A stretch of DNA of 64,000 nt, taken from positions 1 to 64,000 of the forward strand of contig JAVHYY010000123.1 in assembly GCA_035221665.1 (NCBI GenBank), given 5' to 3'. Shown here piece after piece: positions 12,559-23,472 of this stretch. The position numbers and the translations under genes were made by a program. The DNA is from Okamejei kenojei (Eukaryota). The first letter of the stretch is position 1, and each line of letters begins with the position of its first letter. The notes beneath the pieces are model-generated. The model had not been told where the DNA came from. It saw only the letters and a list, made by a program, of their open reading frames with translations, and did not search any database.

Positions 12559-13024
12559 AACTGAGGTTAGGAAGGTTGCATGGAATATGGAACAGCACAG
12601 CACAGGTACAGGCCCTTCCGCTCACAATGTCTGTGCCTAACATACCATGTTAATCTCCTCCTGCACGTGATGCAAACCACCCTATTCCTTGCATTTCCAT
12701 TATCTAACAGCCTCTTAAACACCACATCGTTTCTGCTTCCATCACCATGCCTGGTAGGTTATTCCAAGTTTCTGTATTTAAAAAAAACATGCTTCCCACA
12801 TCTCCTTTAAACTGTTCCCTTCTCATCATAAAGCTGTGCCCGCTAGTCTTTGACATTTCCAGAGGGGCAGACGGTTGGAAAGATTGGAGATGAAAAGACC
12901 AAATAATGTAGGCGGGGTGGTGTGAAGGGATATAGGCAGAAGGGGATGGGGAGGAGGGATAAAATAGTGGGAGAAATGTGTGCACACCCCGGGTGTGGCA
13001 CAAGGAGGGGAGGGGGAAGGAGGT

Positions 13025-13292
13025 ATGTTACTCAAAAAACAGAATTCAAAAGTTCATACTGTTGGGTTGTAAGCTACCCAAGTGGAATAGGAGATGCTGT
13101 TCTTCCAGTTTGTGTGTAACCTCATCTGGCAATGGAATAGGTCCAGGAAAGAACGGGGAATATTGGAATGGGAGGGGGAGGGGGGGAAGGTGTTAAAAGT
13201 GTTTAGCAACCGAGCGATCGCCTAGGCGGACTGAGCGGAGGTGTTCAGTGAAACGATCGCTGAGTCTGTGCTAGGTCTCGCCGATATAGGAG
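13025..13292 (-). mobile_element. Penelope-like element fragment (GIY-YIG end)
   Basis: Reverse strand encodes YIGET; similar to the element at 55.9-56.9 kb. Confidence 0.7.
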
Positions 13293-13989
13293 TCCAGGAC
13301 AGAAAGGAATGGGAAGGACAGTTAAAGTAGTTAGCAACCAGGAGACCTGGGCAAGAGTGTTCAACGATATGTTTGGTCTTGCAAATGTAATGGAGATCAC
13401 ACGGATGCACCAAATGCAGTGGATGGGATTCCACTCGAACCTCATCTACTGCTTGGGTGGGTTGAGCTGGTGCCTATTTCTGTGCTGTTTGACTGCAAAT
13501 GACCACATCAGCAAAAGAGTATTGGGGCATCTTAGTTGGAGGACAGAGGCTGCAGTTTTGAAATGACCACCCGGTCTTTCCATTTGACAATGGATGGAGC
13601 CAGGAGGAATAAACATCCACAAACTCTCAGACTGTGTTGACCAGAAGAGGCTAGTTACCAAACACAGGCACTATTCTGGGCTGAACAAAGTCCATCTTCC
13701 CACCTGTTCAGTGTTTAGACAAAACCAAGTCTCATAATCCCATCTCTAGTGTGTGTAGGGAAGAAGTACAGATGCTGGTCTGTCAGCAAAGGCCACACAT
13801 TCACACACTGACGATACATGGGGGAGCGATGGCGAGAACCGGACGCGGTAACTGAACCTTCCCCGTCCCCGGTCGCAGCGGGATGGGGAACCGGGAGCGG
13901 CCCGGGTACCGGCAGGATGGGTGGATGGGATGTGGGAGCCGGGGCAGGGGGTCCCTGGGATGAAGGGGACGGGAGGTCCCGGGGATGGA

Positions 13990-15940
13990 AGGGGCAGGGG
14001 TCCATGTTATGGAGGGGGGGTCCAGGGGGTCCAGGGGGCCATTTATGTAGGGGGAAGGGGGTATGTTATGGAGGGGCAGTGGGCGTCCATGTTATGGGGG
14101 GGCAGGGGGGTCCATGTTATGGAGGGGGCAAGGGGGTCCATGTTATGGAGGGGCAGGGGGTCCATGTTATGGGCAGGGGGCATGTTATGGGGGGCAGGGG
14201 GTCCATGTTATGGAGGGGGCAGGTGTCAGTAATGGGGGGGCAGGGGGTCCATTTTGGGGGGGCAGGGGTCCAGTGGAGGGGTCAGGGGGTCCATGTTATG
14301 GAGGGGGGCAGGGGTCCATGGGGAGGGGGCAGGGGGTCCATGTTTATGGAGGGGGAGGGGGTCCATGTTATGGAGGGGGCAGGGGGTTATGGTTATTGAG
14401 GGGGCAGGGGTCCATGGGAGGGGCAGGGGTTATGGAGGGGTGCAGGGGGTCCATGTTATCCATGTTATGAGGGGGCAGGGGGTCCCATTGGATGGAGGGG
14501 GCAGGGGGTCCATGTTATGGAGGGGGGCAGGGGGTCCATGTTATGAGAGGGGGCAGGGGGTTCCAATGTCCATGTTTATGGAGGGGGGAGGGGGGTTCTG
14601 GAGTCCATGTTATGGAGGGGCAGGGGGTCCATGTTATGGAGGGGCAGGGGGGGGTCCATGTTATGGAGTGGGGGTTCCATGTTTATGGAGGGGGCAGGGG
14701 TCATGTTAATGGAGGGGGCAGGGGGTCCATGTTATGGGGGGGCAGGGGGTCCATGGGATGGGCAATGGAGGGGCAGGGGTCCATGTTATAGGGGGCAGGG
14801 GGGTCCAATTTGGAATCATGGTAGAAGGTCCAAGTTATGGAGAGGGCAGGGGGTCCATGTTATGGATGGAGGGGTCCCATTGTTATGGAGGGGGCGGGGG
14901 GGTCCATGTTATGGAGGGGGCAGGGGGTCCATTATGGAGAGGGCGGGGGGGGGGTCCCATGTTATGGAGGGGCCCATGTTATGGAGGGGGCAGGGGGTCC
15001 ATGTTATGGAGTTCCATGTTATGGAGGGGCAGGGGGGGACCGGGGTGTCCCGTTATGGAGGGGGACGGGGGGGTCCATGTTATGGAGGGGGCAGGGGGTC
15101 CATGTTAAGGAGGGGCAGGGGTCCATGTCCATGTTATGGAGGGGGCAGGGGGGTTCCATGTTATGGAGGGGGCAGGGGTCCCATGTGTATGGAGGGGGCC
15201 CATGGGGAGGGGGTCCCCATGTTATGGAGGGGGCAGGGGGTCCATGTTATGGAGGGGCCAGTCCATGTTATGGTTGGGGGCAGGGGGTCCATGTTATGGG
15301 GAGGGGGGTCCATTTTATGGAGGGGGCAGGGGTCCATGTTATGGAGGGGGCAGGGGGTCCATGTTATGGAGGGGGCAGGGGGTCCATGTTATGAGGGGGC
15401 AGGGGGTCCATGTTATGGAGGGGGCAGGGTTCCATGTTATGGAGGGGGCAGGGGTCCATGTTATGGAGGGGGCAGGGGGTCCATGTTATGGAGGGGGCAG
15501 GGTCCATGTTATGTAGGGGGCGTGGGTCCATGGAGGTACAGGGGGTCCATGTTAATGGGGCAGGGGGTCCATTTTTATGGAGGGGGCAGGGGGGGGTCCA
15601 TGTTATGGAGGGGGCAGGTCCATGTTATGGAGGGGGCGGGGGGTCCATGTTATGGATGGAGGGGGCGGGGGGTCCATGGAGGGGGCAGGGGGTCCATGTT
15701 ATGGAGGTCCATGGGAGGGGGGGTCCATGTTATGGAGGGGGCAGGGGGTCCATGTTATGGAGGGGGGCGGGGGGTCCATGTTATGGAGGGGCAGGCAGGG
15801 GGTCCATGTTATGGAGGGCCATGTTATGGAGGGGGCGGGGGTCCATGTTATGGAGGGGGCAGGGGGTCCATGTTATGGAGAGGGCGGGGGGGCGGGGGGT
15901 CCCGGGAATGGAGGGGACAGGGGTCCATGTTATGGAGGGG
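13990..15940. repeat. G-rich ~25-bp minisatellite in GABPB2 intron 1 (roughly 70+ copies)
   Basis: Unit GGGGGCAGGGGGTCCATGTTATGGA. Confidence 0.95.
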
Positions 15941-16700
15941 ACGGCGGCGGCTCCGGCCCCGGGCGTGGACAGAGACAGACAGAGAGACAGACAGAGGCGG
16001 CGGCTGCGGGGATGCGGGGCCGGGGATGCGACGGGCGGGCGGCGGGGCCGGGGATGCGGGGCCCGGGGGGGGGGGGGGGGGGAGGCGGCGCGCCGACCCG
16101 GCGGTGACCGGTAACTCGGGGCCGCGACAGGAAACGGGGCCTGGCGGCGGTTCCGGGGGAAGTCGCGGAATTTGCCGAGACTCGACTTCCACATCCGGTG
16201 GCGAATTAAACCGGCGGCGCCATTACCTCCGCGACGCCCGGCCGGCCCGCGCTGCCCCCGCTGCCGCCGCCCCGCTCACGGCCAACGCCGCCGCCGCTCC
16301 GTCCCCCCCGTCTCCGCCGCCGCCGCCGGGACCGCACTTTATATTTTTAGTTTAAATATAAAAGCGCCCAAAATGGCGGCGGCCGCGGCCGGAAGTGGAC
16401 GGCAGCGCGCAGCGATACCGCGCGGGCGGTGATGCGGCCCCGACCCGCCGTCACCGCGACTCCCCCCCCCCCCCCCCCCCCGGGGACCCCGCGCCCCGAC
16501 CCCCCCCCCCCCCCACACACACCCGCCCCGTCACCCCCCCCGCGCCCCGACGTTACCGCCGCCCCCGCCCGCCCCGCGTCGCCCCCGTGTTCGCCCTCCC
16601 GCCCCGCACTTGTTCTTCACAGAGGCGCCCCGTGACCCAGGCGGTGAGGCGGCGGGAAGTAGTGCCGGCACAGCGCCAGCTCCCGCTCCCGGGGCCTCGA
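15940..16700 (-). promoter_or_regulatory. GABPB2: CpG-island promoter of GABPB2 with YY1 and ETS/GABP sites
   Basis: Very CpG-dense; CAAAATGGCGGC (YY1) 16369-16380; CCGGAAGTG 16389-16397; more GGAA/GGAT cores at ~16130, 16158, 16185-16198, 16654. Confidence 0.85.
16227..16385 (-). other. GABPB2: GABPB2 non-coding exon 1 (5' end approximate)
   Basis: Donor GAG|GTAATG at 16227/16226 inside the CpG island; next exon begins directly with ATG. Confidence 0.65.
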
Positions 16701-17290
16701 CCCCTCCCCGGGCCCTCACTCACCCCCTGGGGCCTCACCCCCCCCCGGGGCCCCACTCACCCCCCCCCCGGGCCCTCACTCACCCCCCCGGGGGCCCCAC
16801 TCACCCCCCCCCCGGGCCCTCACACTCACCCCCCCCCGGGCCCCCAACCCCCCCGGGCCCCTCACTCACCCCCCCCCCCGGGCCCCACTCACCCCTGGGG
16901 CCCCACTCACCCCTGGGGCCCCACTCACCCCTGGGGCCCCACTCACCACTCACCACTCCTACCCCGGGCCCTCACTCACCCCCCCCCCCCCAGGGCCCCC
17001 CACTCACCCCCCCCCCCGGGCCCCTCACTCACCCCCCCCCCCCGGGCCCCACCACTCACCCCCCCCCCCCCCCCCCGGGCCCCTCACTCACCCCCCCCCC
17101 CCCCCCCCCCGGGCCCTCACTCACCCCCCCCCCCCCCAATGGGGCCTCACTCACACCCTCCCCCCCCCCGGCCCCCCTCACTCCCCCCTCGGGCCCCCCC
17201 CCCCCCCCCCCCCCCCGGCCCCTCACTCCCCCCGGGCCCCCCGCCCCCGGCACCTCACTCACTCACCCCCCCCCACCCCGGGGCCCCGAC
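16700..17290. repeat. C-rich ~20-bp minisatellite upstream of GABPB2
   Basis: Unit ~CCGGGCCC(C/T)CACTCACCCCCC. Confidence 0.9.
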
Positions 17291-17364
17291 ACCGGCACCT
17301 CACTCCCCCCCGGCTCCGGGGCCCGGGACACTGCCCACCGAGTCAACACCAACCATCCGTTCAC

Positions 17365-17770
17365 ACTAGTTCTATGTTATCCCACTTTCTCATCCACTCC
17401 CTACACACTTGGGGGCAATTTACAGAGGCACCGATTGACCTACAAACCTGCATGTCTTTGGGATGTGGGAGGAAACCTGAGCACCCGGAGAAAACCCACG
17501 CGGTCACAGGGAGATAACGTGCAAACGCCAAGTGTGTAGGAAGGAACTGCAGGTGCTTCGGTTTAAACCGAAGATAGACGCAAAATACTGGAGTAATTCA
17601 GCGGGTCAGACAGCATGTCTGGAGAAGAGTCTCGACCTGAAACGTCACCCATTCCTTCTGTCCAGAGATGCTGCCTGTCCCGCTGAGTTACTCCAGCATT
17701 TTGTGTTGCTGCGTGCAAACTCCACACAGACAGCACCTGAGGTCATGATTGAAACCGGGTCTCTGGTGAT
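17365..17770 (-). mobile_element. V-SINE interrupted by a palindromic Penelope-derived element (~17535-17708)
   Basis: GGGAGGAAACC..GAGCACCCGGAGAAAACCCACGCGGTCACAGGGAGA SINE core, resuming at GTGCAAACTCC after the insert. Confidence 0.72.
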
Positions 17771-18089
17771 GAGAGTTTTTCATTATCTCAGGAAATAATA
17801 AACCAATACCTGCTGCCCCATTTCACAGTGACCTCATCAGCTAATTCGGAACCCACCACTCAGGAATCGCATCGACCCTCAGGGATTACTGAGGAAGGGA
17901 TGTGGAACCACTGCAAGGTGATGGATTTTAAAACACTGCTCAACCGTCACACACTAATTCCACTTCCCTTCTGCGAGGTAAATCGAACAGATTCGACAGG
18001 CTGAATTGTGTTCTGTTCCTGTGGAGTCAAATAAACATCCCTAAACTGGTTGTAATCAGTAATCCCAAGAACGGTCATATTGACTAAAG

Positions 18090-20422
18090 GGTGGCGAGGG
18101 CAAAGCTGTGGACATTTATAAGGCCTTCAGCAAGGCATTTGATAAGGTTCTACGTAGAAGGCTGCTTTGAAAGGTTAGATCACATGGGATCCCAAGAGAG
18201 CTAACAGTGTAAAGAGAATTGGCTTCACGGAAGGAAGCAGAGGGTGGAGGCCTGTAATCATTACCTCAGGGATCCGTGCTGTCTGTGGTTTATATCACCG
18301 ATTTGGATGAGAATATACTGTAGAAGGCGTGATTAGAACGATTGCAGACAACATTAAAGTGAATGGTATTGTAAATAACAAAGGTGATAATCAGAAATTA
18401 CAGCAGGATTTTTGATAAGTGGTTAACAGAGTTTAATGCAAATATATTGCATGTTGGGAAGTCAAACCAGGGTAGGACATTCAGAGTGAATGGCAGGGCC
18501 TTGTAGAGTAGAGGGATCTAGGAGTGCTGGTACATAGTTGGATGTAACTAGTAGAGTGGATAAGGGAGAACCTGTGGATGTGTTGTATCTGGACTTTCAG
18601 AAGGCTTTCGACAAGGTCCCACATAAGAGATTGGCATTCAAACTTAAAGAACATGGTATTGGGGGTTCAGTGTTGATGTGGATAGAGAACTGGCTGGCAG
18701 ACAGGAAACAAAGAGTAGGAGTAAACGGGTAATTTTCAGAATATCAGGCAGTGACTAGTAGGGTACCGCAAGGCTCAGTGCTGGGACCCCAGCTATTTAC
18801 AATATATATTAATGATCTGGATGAGGGAATTGAATGCAACATCTGCAAGTTTGCGGATGACACGAAGCTGGGGGGCAGTGTTAGCTGTGAGGAGGATGCT
18901 AGGAGGCTGCAAGGTGACTTGGATAGGTTGGGGGAGTGGGCAAATGCATGGCAGATGCAGTATAATGTTGATAAATGTGAGGTTATCCACTTTGGCGGCA
19001 AAACCAGGAGGTAGACTATTATCTGAACGATGGCCGATTAGGAAAGGGGGAGATGCATCGAGACCTGGGTGTCATGGTACACCAGTCATTGAAAGTAGGC
19101 ATGCAGGTGCAGCAGGCTGTGAAGAAAGCGAATGGTATGTTGGCATTCATAACAAAAGGATTTGATTTCAAGAGCAGGGAGGTTCTACTGCAGTTGTACA
19201 GAGTCTTGGTGAGGCCACTCCTGGAGTATTGCGTACAGTGTTGGTCTCCTAATCTGAGGAAAGACATTCTTGCCATAGAGGGAGTACAGAGAAGGTTCAC
19301 CAGACTGATTCCTGGGATGGCAGGACTTCCATATGAAGAAAGACTGGATAGACTCGGCTTGTACTCGCTAGAATTTAGGAGATTGAGGGGGGATCTTATA
19401 GAGACTTACAAAATTCTTAAGGGGTTGGACAGGCTAGATGCAGGAAGATTGTTCCCGATGTTGGGGAACTCCAGAACAAGGGGTCACAGTTTAAGGATAA
19501 GGGGGAAGTCTTTTAGGACTGAGATGAGAAGATCATTTTTCACACAGAGAGTGGTGAGTCTGTGGAATTCTCTGCCACAGAGGTAGTTGAGGCCAGTTCA
19601 TTGGCTATATATAAGAGGGAGTTAGATGTGGCCCTTGTGGCTAAAGGGATCAGGGGGTATCGAGAGAAGGCAGGTACAGTATACTGAGTTGGATGATCAG
19701 CCATGATCATATTGAATGTCGGTGCAGGCTCGAAGGGTCGAATGGCTTACTCCTGCACCTATTTTCTATGATTCTACGATTCTATGATAGTTCCTTTAAA
19801 GTGGCGTTGCAGGTAGATTGGGTGACCAAAGGCTTTTCGCTTTCATCAGTCAGGGTATTGAGTTTAGAAGTCGAGATGTTATACTACAGTCGTACAAAAC
19901 ATTGGTGATAATACATTTGGAGTATTGTGCTCAGTTTCAGTCACTCTGCAATAGGAAAGATGTTGTTAAGCCAATAAATAGTGCAGAGAAGATTTACGAG
20001 GATGTTGCCATGACTTGAGGGCCTGAGTTATAGGAAGAGGTTATGCAGGCTAGGACTTTATCCCTTGGACCACAGAGGCAAGGAGTGATCTTGTGGAAGT
20101 GCATATAATCTTGAGGGGAACAGATGGGATAAATGTACACAGCCTTTTACTCAGAATAGGGGAATCAATAACCAAGGGGATCAGATTAACGTGAGGGTGA
20201 AAAGATTTAATGGTAATCTGAGGGTCAACTTTTTCCACAGATGGTAGTGGGTGTATAGAACGAGCTGCCAGATGAGGTGCAATAACATTTAAAAAGCTAT
20301 TTGGATAGGTACATGGATTTGGAGGGGTATGGGCCAAATGTGGGCAGGTGGGACAAGTGTAGATGAGGGATCTTGGTCAGTATGGATAAGTTGGGCCGAA
20401 TGGTATGTGTGGTATGGCTATG
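18090..20422 (+). mobile_element. Older degenerate CR1 LINE (RT to 3' end) split by a younger CR1
   Basis: Flanks rejoin as RDLGVLVHS|SFKVALQVD; many stops and indels. Confidence 0.8.
18540..19786 (+). mobile_element. Young 5'-truncated CR1 LINE with 6-bp TSD ATAGTT
   Basis: RT motifs YLDFQKAFDKVPH, VPQGSVLGP, KFADDTK; ATTCTA-type tail; ATAGTT at 18534-18539 and 19787-19792. Confidence 0.93.
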
Positions 20423-21134
20423 ACCTTAGTAACTGCTAATTAGCATGCTTTCATTAAATGGGACATAAAATCCCAATCAACATTCTGCTGTGATGAAGAC
20501 ACAATTTACCTCGGTCAGTATCATCAGAAAATAACGAGAAACTTCCACCGTATTTTTTTGATTAATGAGTTTATTGTTTCTGTGACATTCACATGAAGCA
20601 TCAAAAGTCAATGCCACAGCAGATAGACATAAATGGAACTTACACAAAGGCCGCTCAACGACTCGTCTCTCCGAGTTCGACACGGAAATGATTGGGGGCA
20701 GCTGTGTTTGAAGATTGTGGGATATGGGGGCAATGTGTTTGAAGATTGTGGGATATTGAGGGGGGGGGGGGGCAGGACAGGGCCCCTGGCCTTTACATGT
20801 TTCACCCCAATCAGTCGAGGAATTTTGAGTGTAAACCAAGTGGATTCAAAACCAATGTTAATGGACCTCAGGGCAGTGAAGGATAAGGAGATCAGGCAGC
20901 AACGTGTTGTGGGTCCATGTTTAATGTGGCAGAGTTTGGTCTGTATGGTTCTTGCTGGCTCTGGGACACAAGCCAAACCCTGGGTCCACTGTCTAGTCCC
21001 CATTGCTTCGTTACAGTCCGTGGTGGGAGATTTGTCACAGCCTGCAGTAACACGCCGCTCAGCATGTGATGCTGCCTGTTCCGCTGAGTTACTCTAGCAT
21101 TTTGTGTCTAGCTTTAGCCAAGGTCAGTGGAGAC

Positions 21135-21162
21135 CAAAGATCATAGAGCTCTATGATCTTTG
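21135..21162. mobile_element. 28-bp perfect palindromic DNA-transposon remnant with 8-bp TSD
   Basis: CAAAGATCATAGAG|CTCTATGATCTTTG flanked by GTGGAGAC at 21127-21134 and 21163-21170. Confidence 0.7.
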
Positions 21163-23221
21163 GTGGAGACGGGTGAACATCCCTTCAACTCTTTGTCTGC
21201 CAGTTTTGTGGCGGGCGCCCATGGGAGCGGCTACTGCCCTTGTTAACGCCGTTGCGGTTGGATACATGTAACCAGTAACTAGCAATCTCTAACCAGGGCT
21301 CTTGCCAGTAGTTGAGAGGGCGTGGGAGGGGGGAGACATATATCCCACCCTTGCTTGCTGTCCAAAAGACGTGTTGGCACTGAAATGCGGACGGGGTGGA
21401 GAAAGGCCAGTGTGGGGGGAAAGTGGACAATTGTTTCACAAGCAGTGGCTGCAGAGGTTGCCCGTCGTAACCCGTGTCACTCACGGCTTATATTCCGCCA
21501 GGCAGCGGCCCACCGCACTTCTTTCACCCGCCCATTTCTCTTGCTTCTCTTTTGCTCAAAGACCCATCAATCTGCCTGAAATATCAAACAAAGCCAGAAA
21601 ACGCTGGAGGGGAAAATACTCAGCAAGTCAGAACGCATCTGTGGGAAGAGAAATAATCTATCTTTCAGTTCGAGACCCTCTCTCGTTCGTGACTTTGACT
21701 GACTGAATATTTTCAGCTATTTCGATTTTTGTTTCCAGCGGATTCATTTATAGAGTGAAACAGGCAGCGTGGAAACAGGCCCTTCGGCACAACTGGCCCA
21801 CATGTCCCAGCTACACTAGTCCCACCTGCCTGCGCTTGGTCCATATCCCTCCAAACCTGCCCTATCCATCTACGTTTTATTTTCAGTTTTCGCTTTCTGA
21901 ATATCCTCGGCGAACGACCCGTGGTGGAAAATGCCAACGGTTCGCCAAGATGTGATCCGGCTCTTATCTTGGAACGACTGCCGGACCTAGACACCTTCAC
22001 ACCGAAGATAGACACAACATGCTGGAGTAACTCAGCGGGACAGGCAACATCTCTGGAGTTAAGGAATGGGAGACCCTTCTCTCGATCCGAAACGTTATCT
22101 ATTCCTTCTCTCCAGAGATGCTGCCTGAGGCAGCAGTAGCTCGGCTACTCCGGGAGAGGTCGGCGGCAGCTCGTCCTCACACGGTGCGGCGCTGCGGTGG
22201 TCGCTGCACCACCCGAGGCTCGCCGGTCACAGCAGCGGGGAAATTAGATCATTTCCCGGGGACTCGTCAGTAAATAGTACAGGGAAATGTTCTCAGCTTC
22301 TCACGCGCCTAAAGTTAAATATTAAAAATCAAAACAAATAATTTAGTGAAATAAATAGTTAAATAAATAAATATTTCGGTCACGTTTTAAACACGCTGAT
22401 AATAGCCCGTATTCGCGGATCGATGCATTTGATCGGTGGCAGCGACCGGCCTGTTCGCGGTTATCACGTTTGATCTCTCGGGGTGGGACGGACCCCTGGG
22501 AGATGCCGCGGGCAGATCGAGGGGCCCCAGGCTCTCCCTCCCTCTGCCAGGGGCCTGTGATGGGCCCGGCGCAGCCGAGACACAACTTAAAATAGGTCAG
22601 GCGACGGGTCGTTGATGCACGGCGTGAAAACGGTGGGAGGGCAGCGTCTCGGCTGCCAGACTCTGGCACCAACACCTCGCCTCAGTGGGACAAAGCGCAG
22701 GCGAGAGAGAGAGAGAGAATCTCCAGAATATAGTGGCAAGCCGGGCTGTTGTAGCGAGGGAAATGTACAACCCTGGGATCCATCGGCAATCGACGTTATA
22801 ATGTTGAAATGTAGCTCAGGTGCTGACGAACGACCCGTGGTGGAAATGAATCTAATGAATGGGATTAACCGGCGGGGGGGGGGGGGGGGTTGAAGCGACA
22901 CAAAGGTGGGAGCGGTTTCAACATCGACTTGCAAAAGAAAATTAAACATGTTTGAAGGGGCTTTTACAAATCTATGTAGAAAATTAGGGCCAACTAAGTG
23001 GCTTTTCAACCCGCTCAAACTATCGATTAGGCAGCCGAACATAACTGATAACCTGCAACGTGGAGAATATAGCGTTGCTTTTACTCCCAAAATATTCTGA
23101 AGGATTAAATATAATAGTGGATGAGGGAACGATAGAGCAACTGGATCTGTCGGTGCGGAAACATTCATAAATCACAAGGCAACTTCGCCGGTGGGGGGGG
23201 GGGGGTTTTTTTTTTTTTTTT

Positions 23222-23472
23222 TTATAGCAGTTCTAGGTCGATCCCATTTTAAAAAAAAATAAAGGTGGCGATCGAGAGACCTCCAGAAATTGAAGGAGTT
23301 GTACTCGGCCAAGCCGTCGCCATCCTCGTGATCCCGACAAGCGCCGGTTCTGGCGGCCGCGCCCTCGCCCCCGGAGCCCGGCAGCAAAATCTCAATCTCG
23401 GCCAAGTCGATGATGGGGATGGGGGTTCTCCAGAAGATGAAGGAATCGTCTGGGTGCTCAGAAGGTCAACAT
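23222..23472 (-). CDS. MLLT11: MLLT11/AF1q single coding exon; apparent frameshifts in this sequence
   Basis: Reconstructed ML(D)LLSTQ(Y)DSFIFWRTPIPIIDLAEIE...EDGDGLAEYNSFNFWRS.IATF...IDLELL*; twin FWR motifs of AF1q; acceptor CAG 7 nt before ATG; synteny. Confidence 0.87.

Noticed and set aside
13818-17539. Long Gly-rich and Pro-rich ORFs (582, 324, 309 aa and others)
   Set aside because: Translations of stop-poor minisatellites, open in several frames at once and antisense to GABPB2
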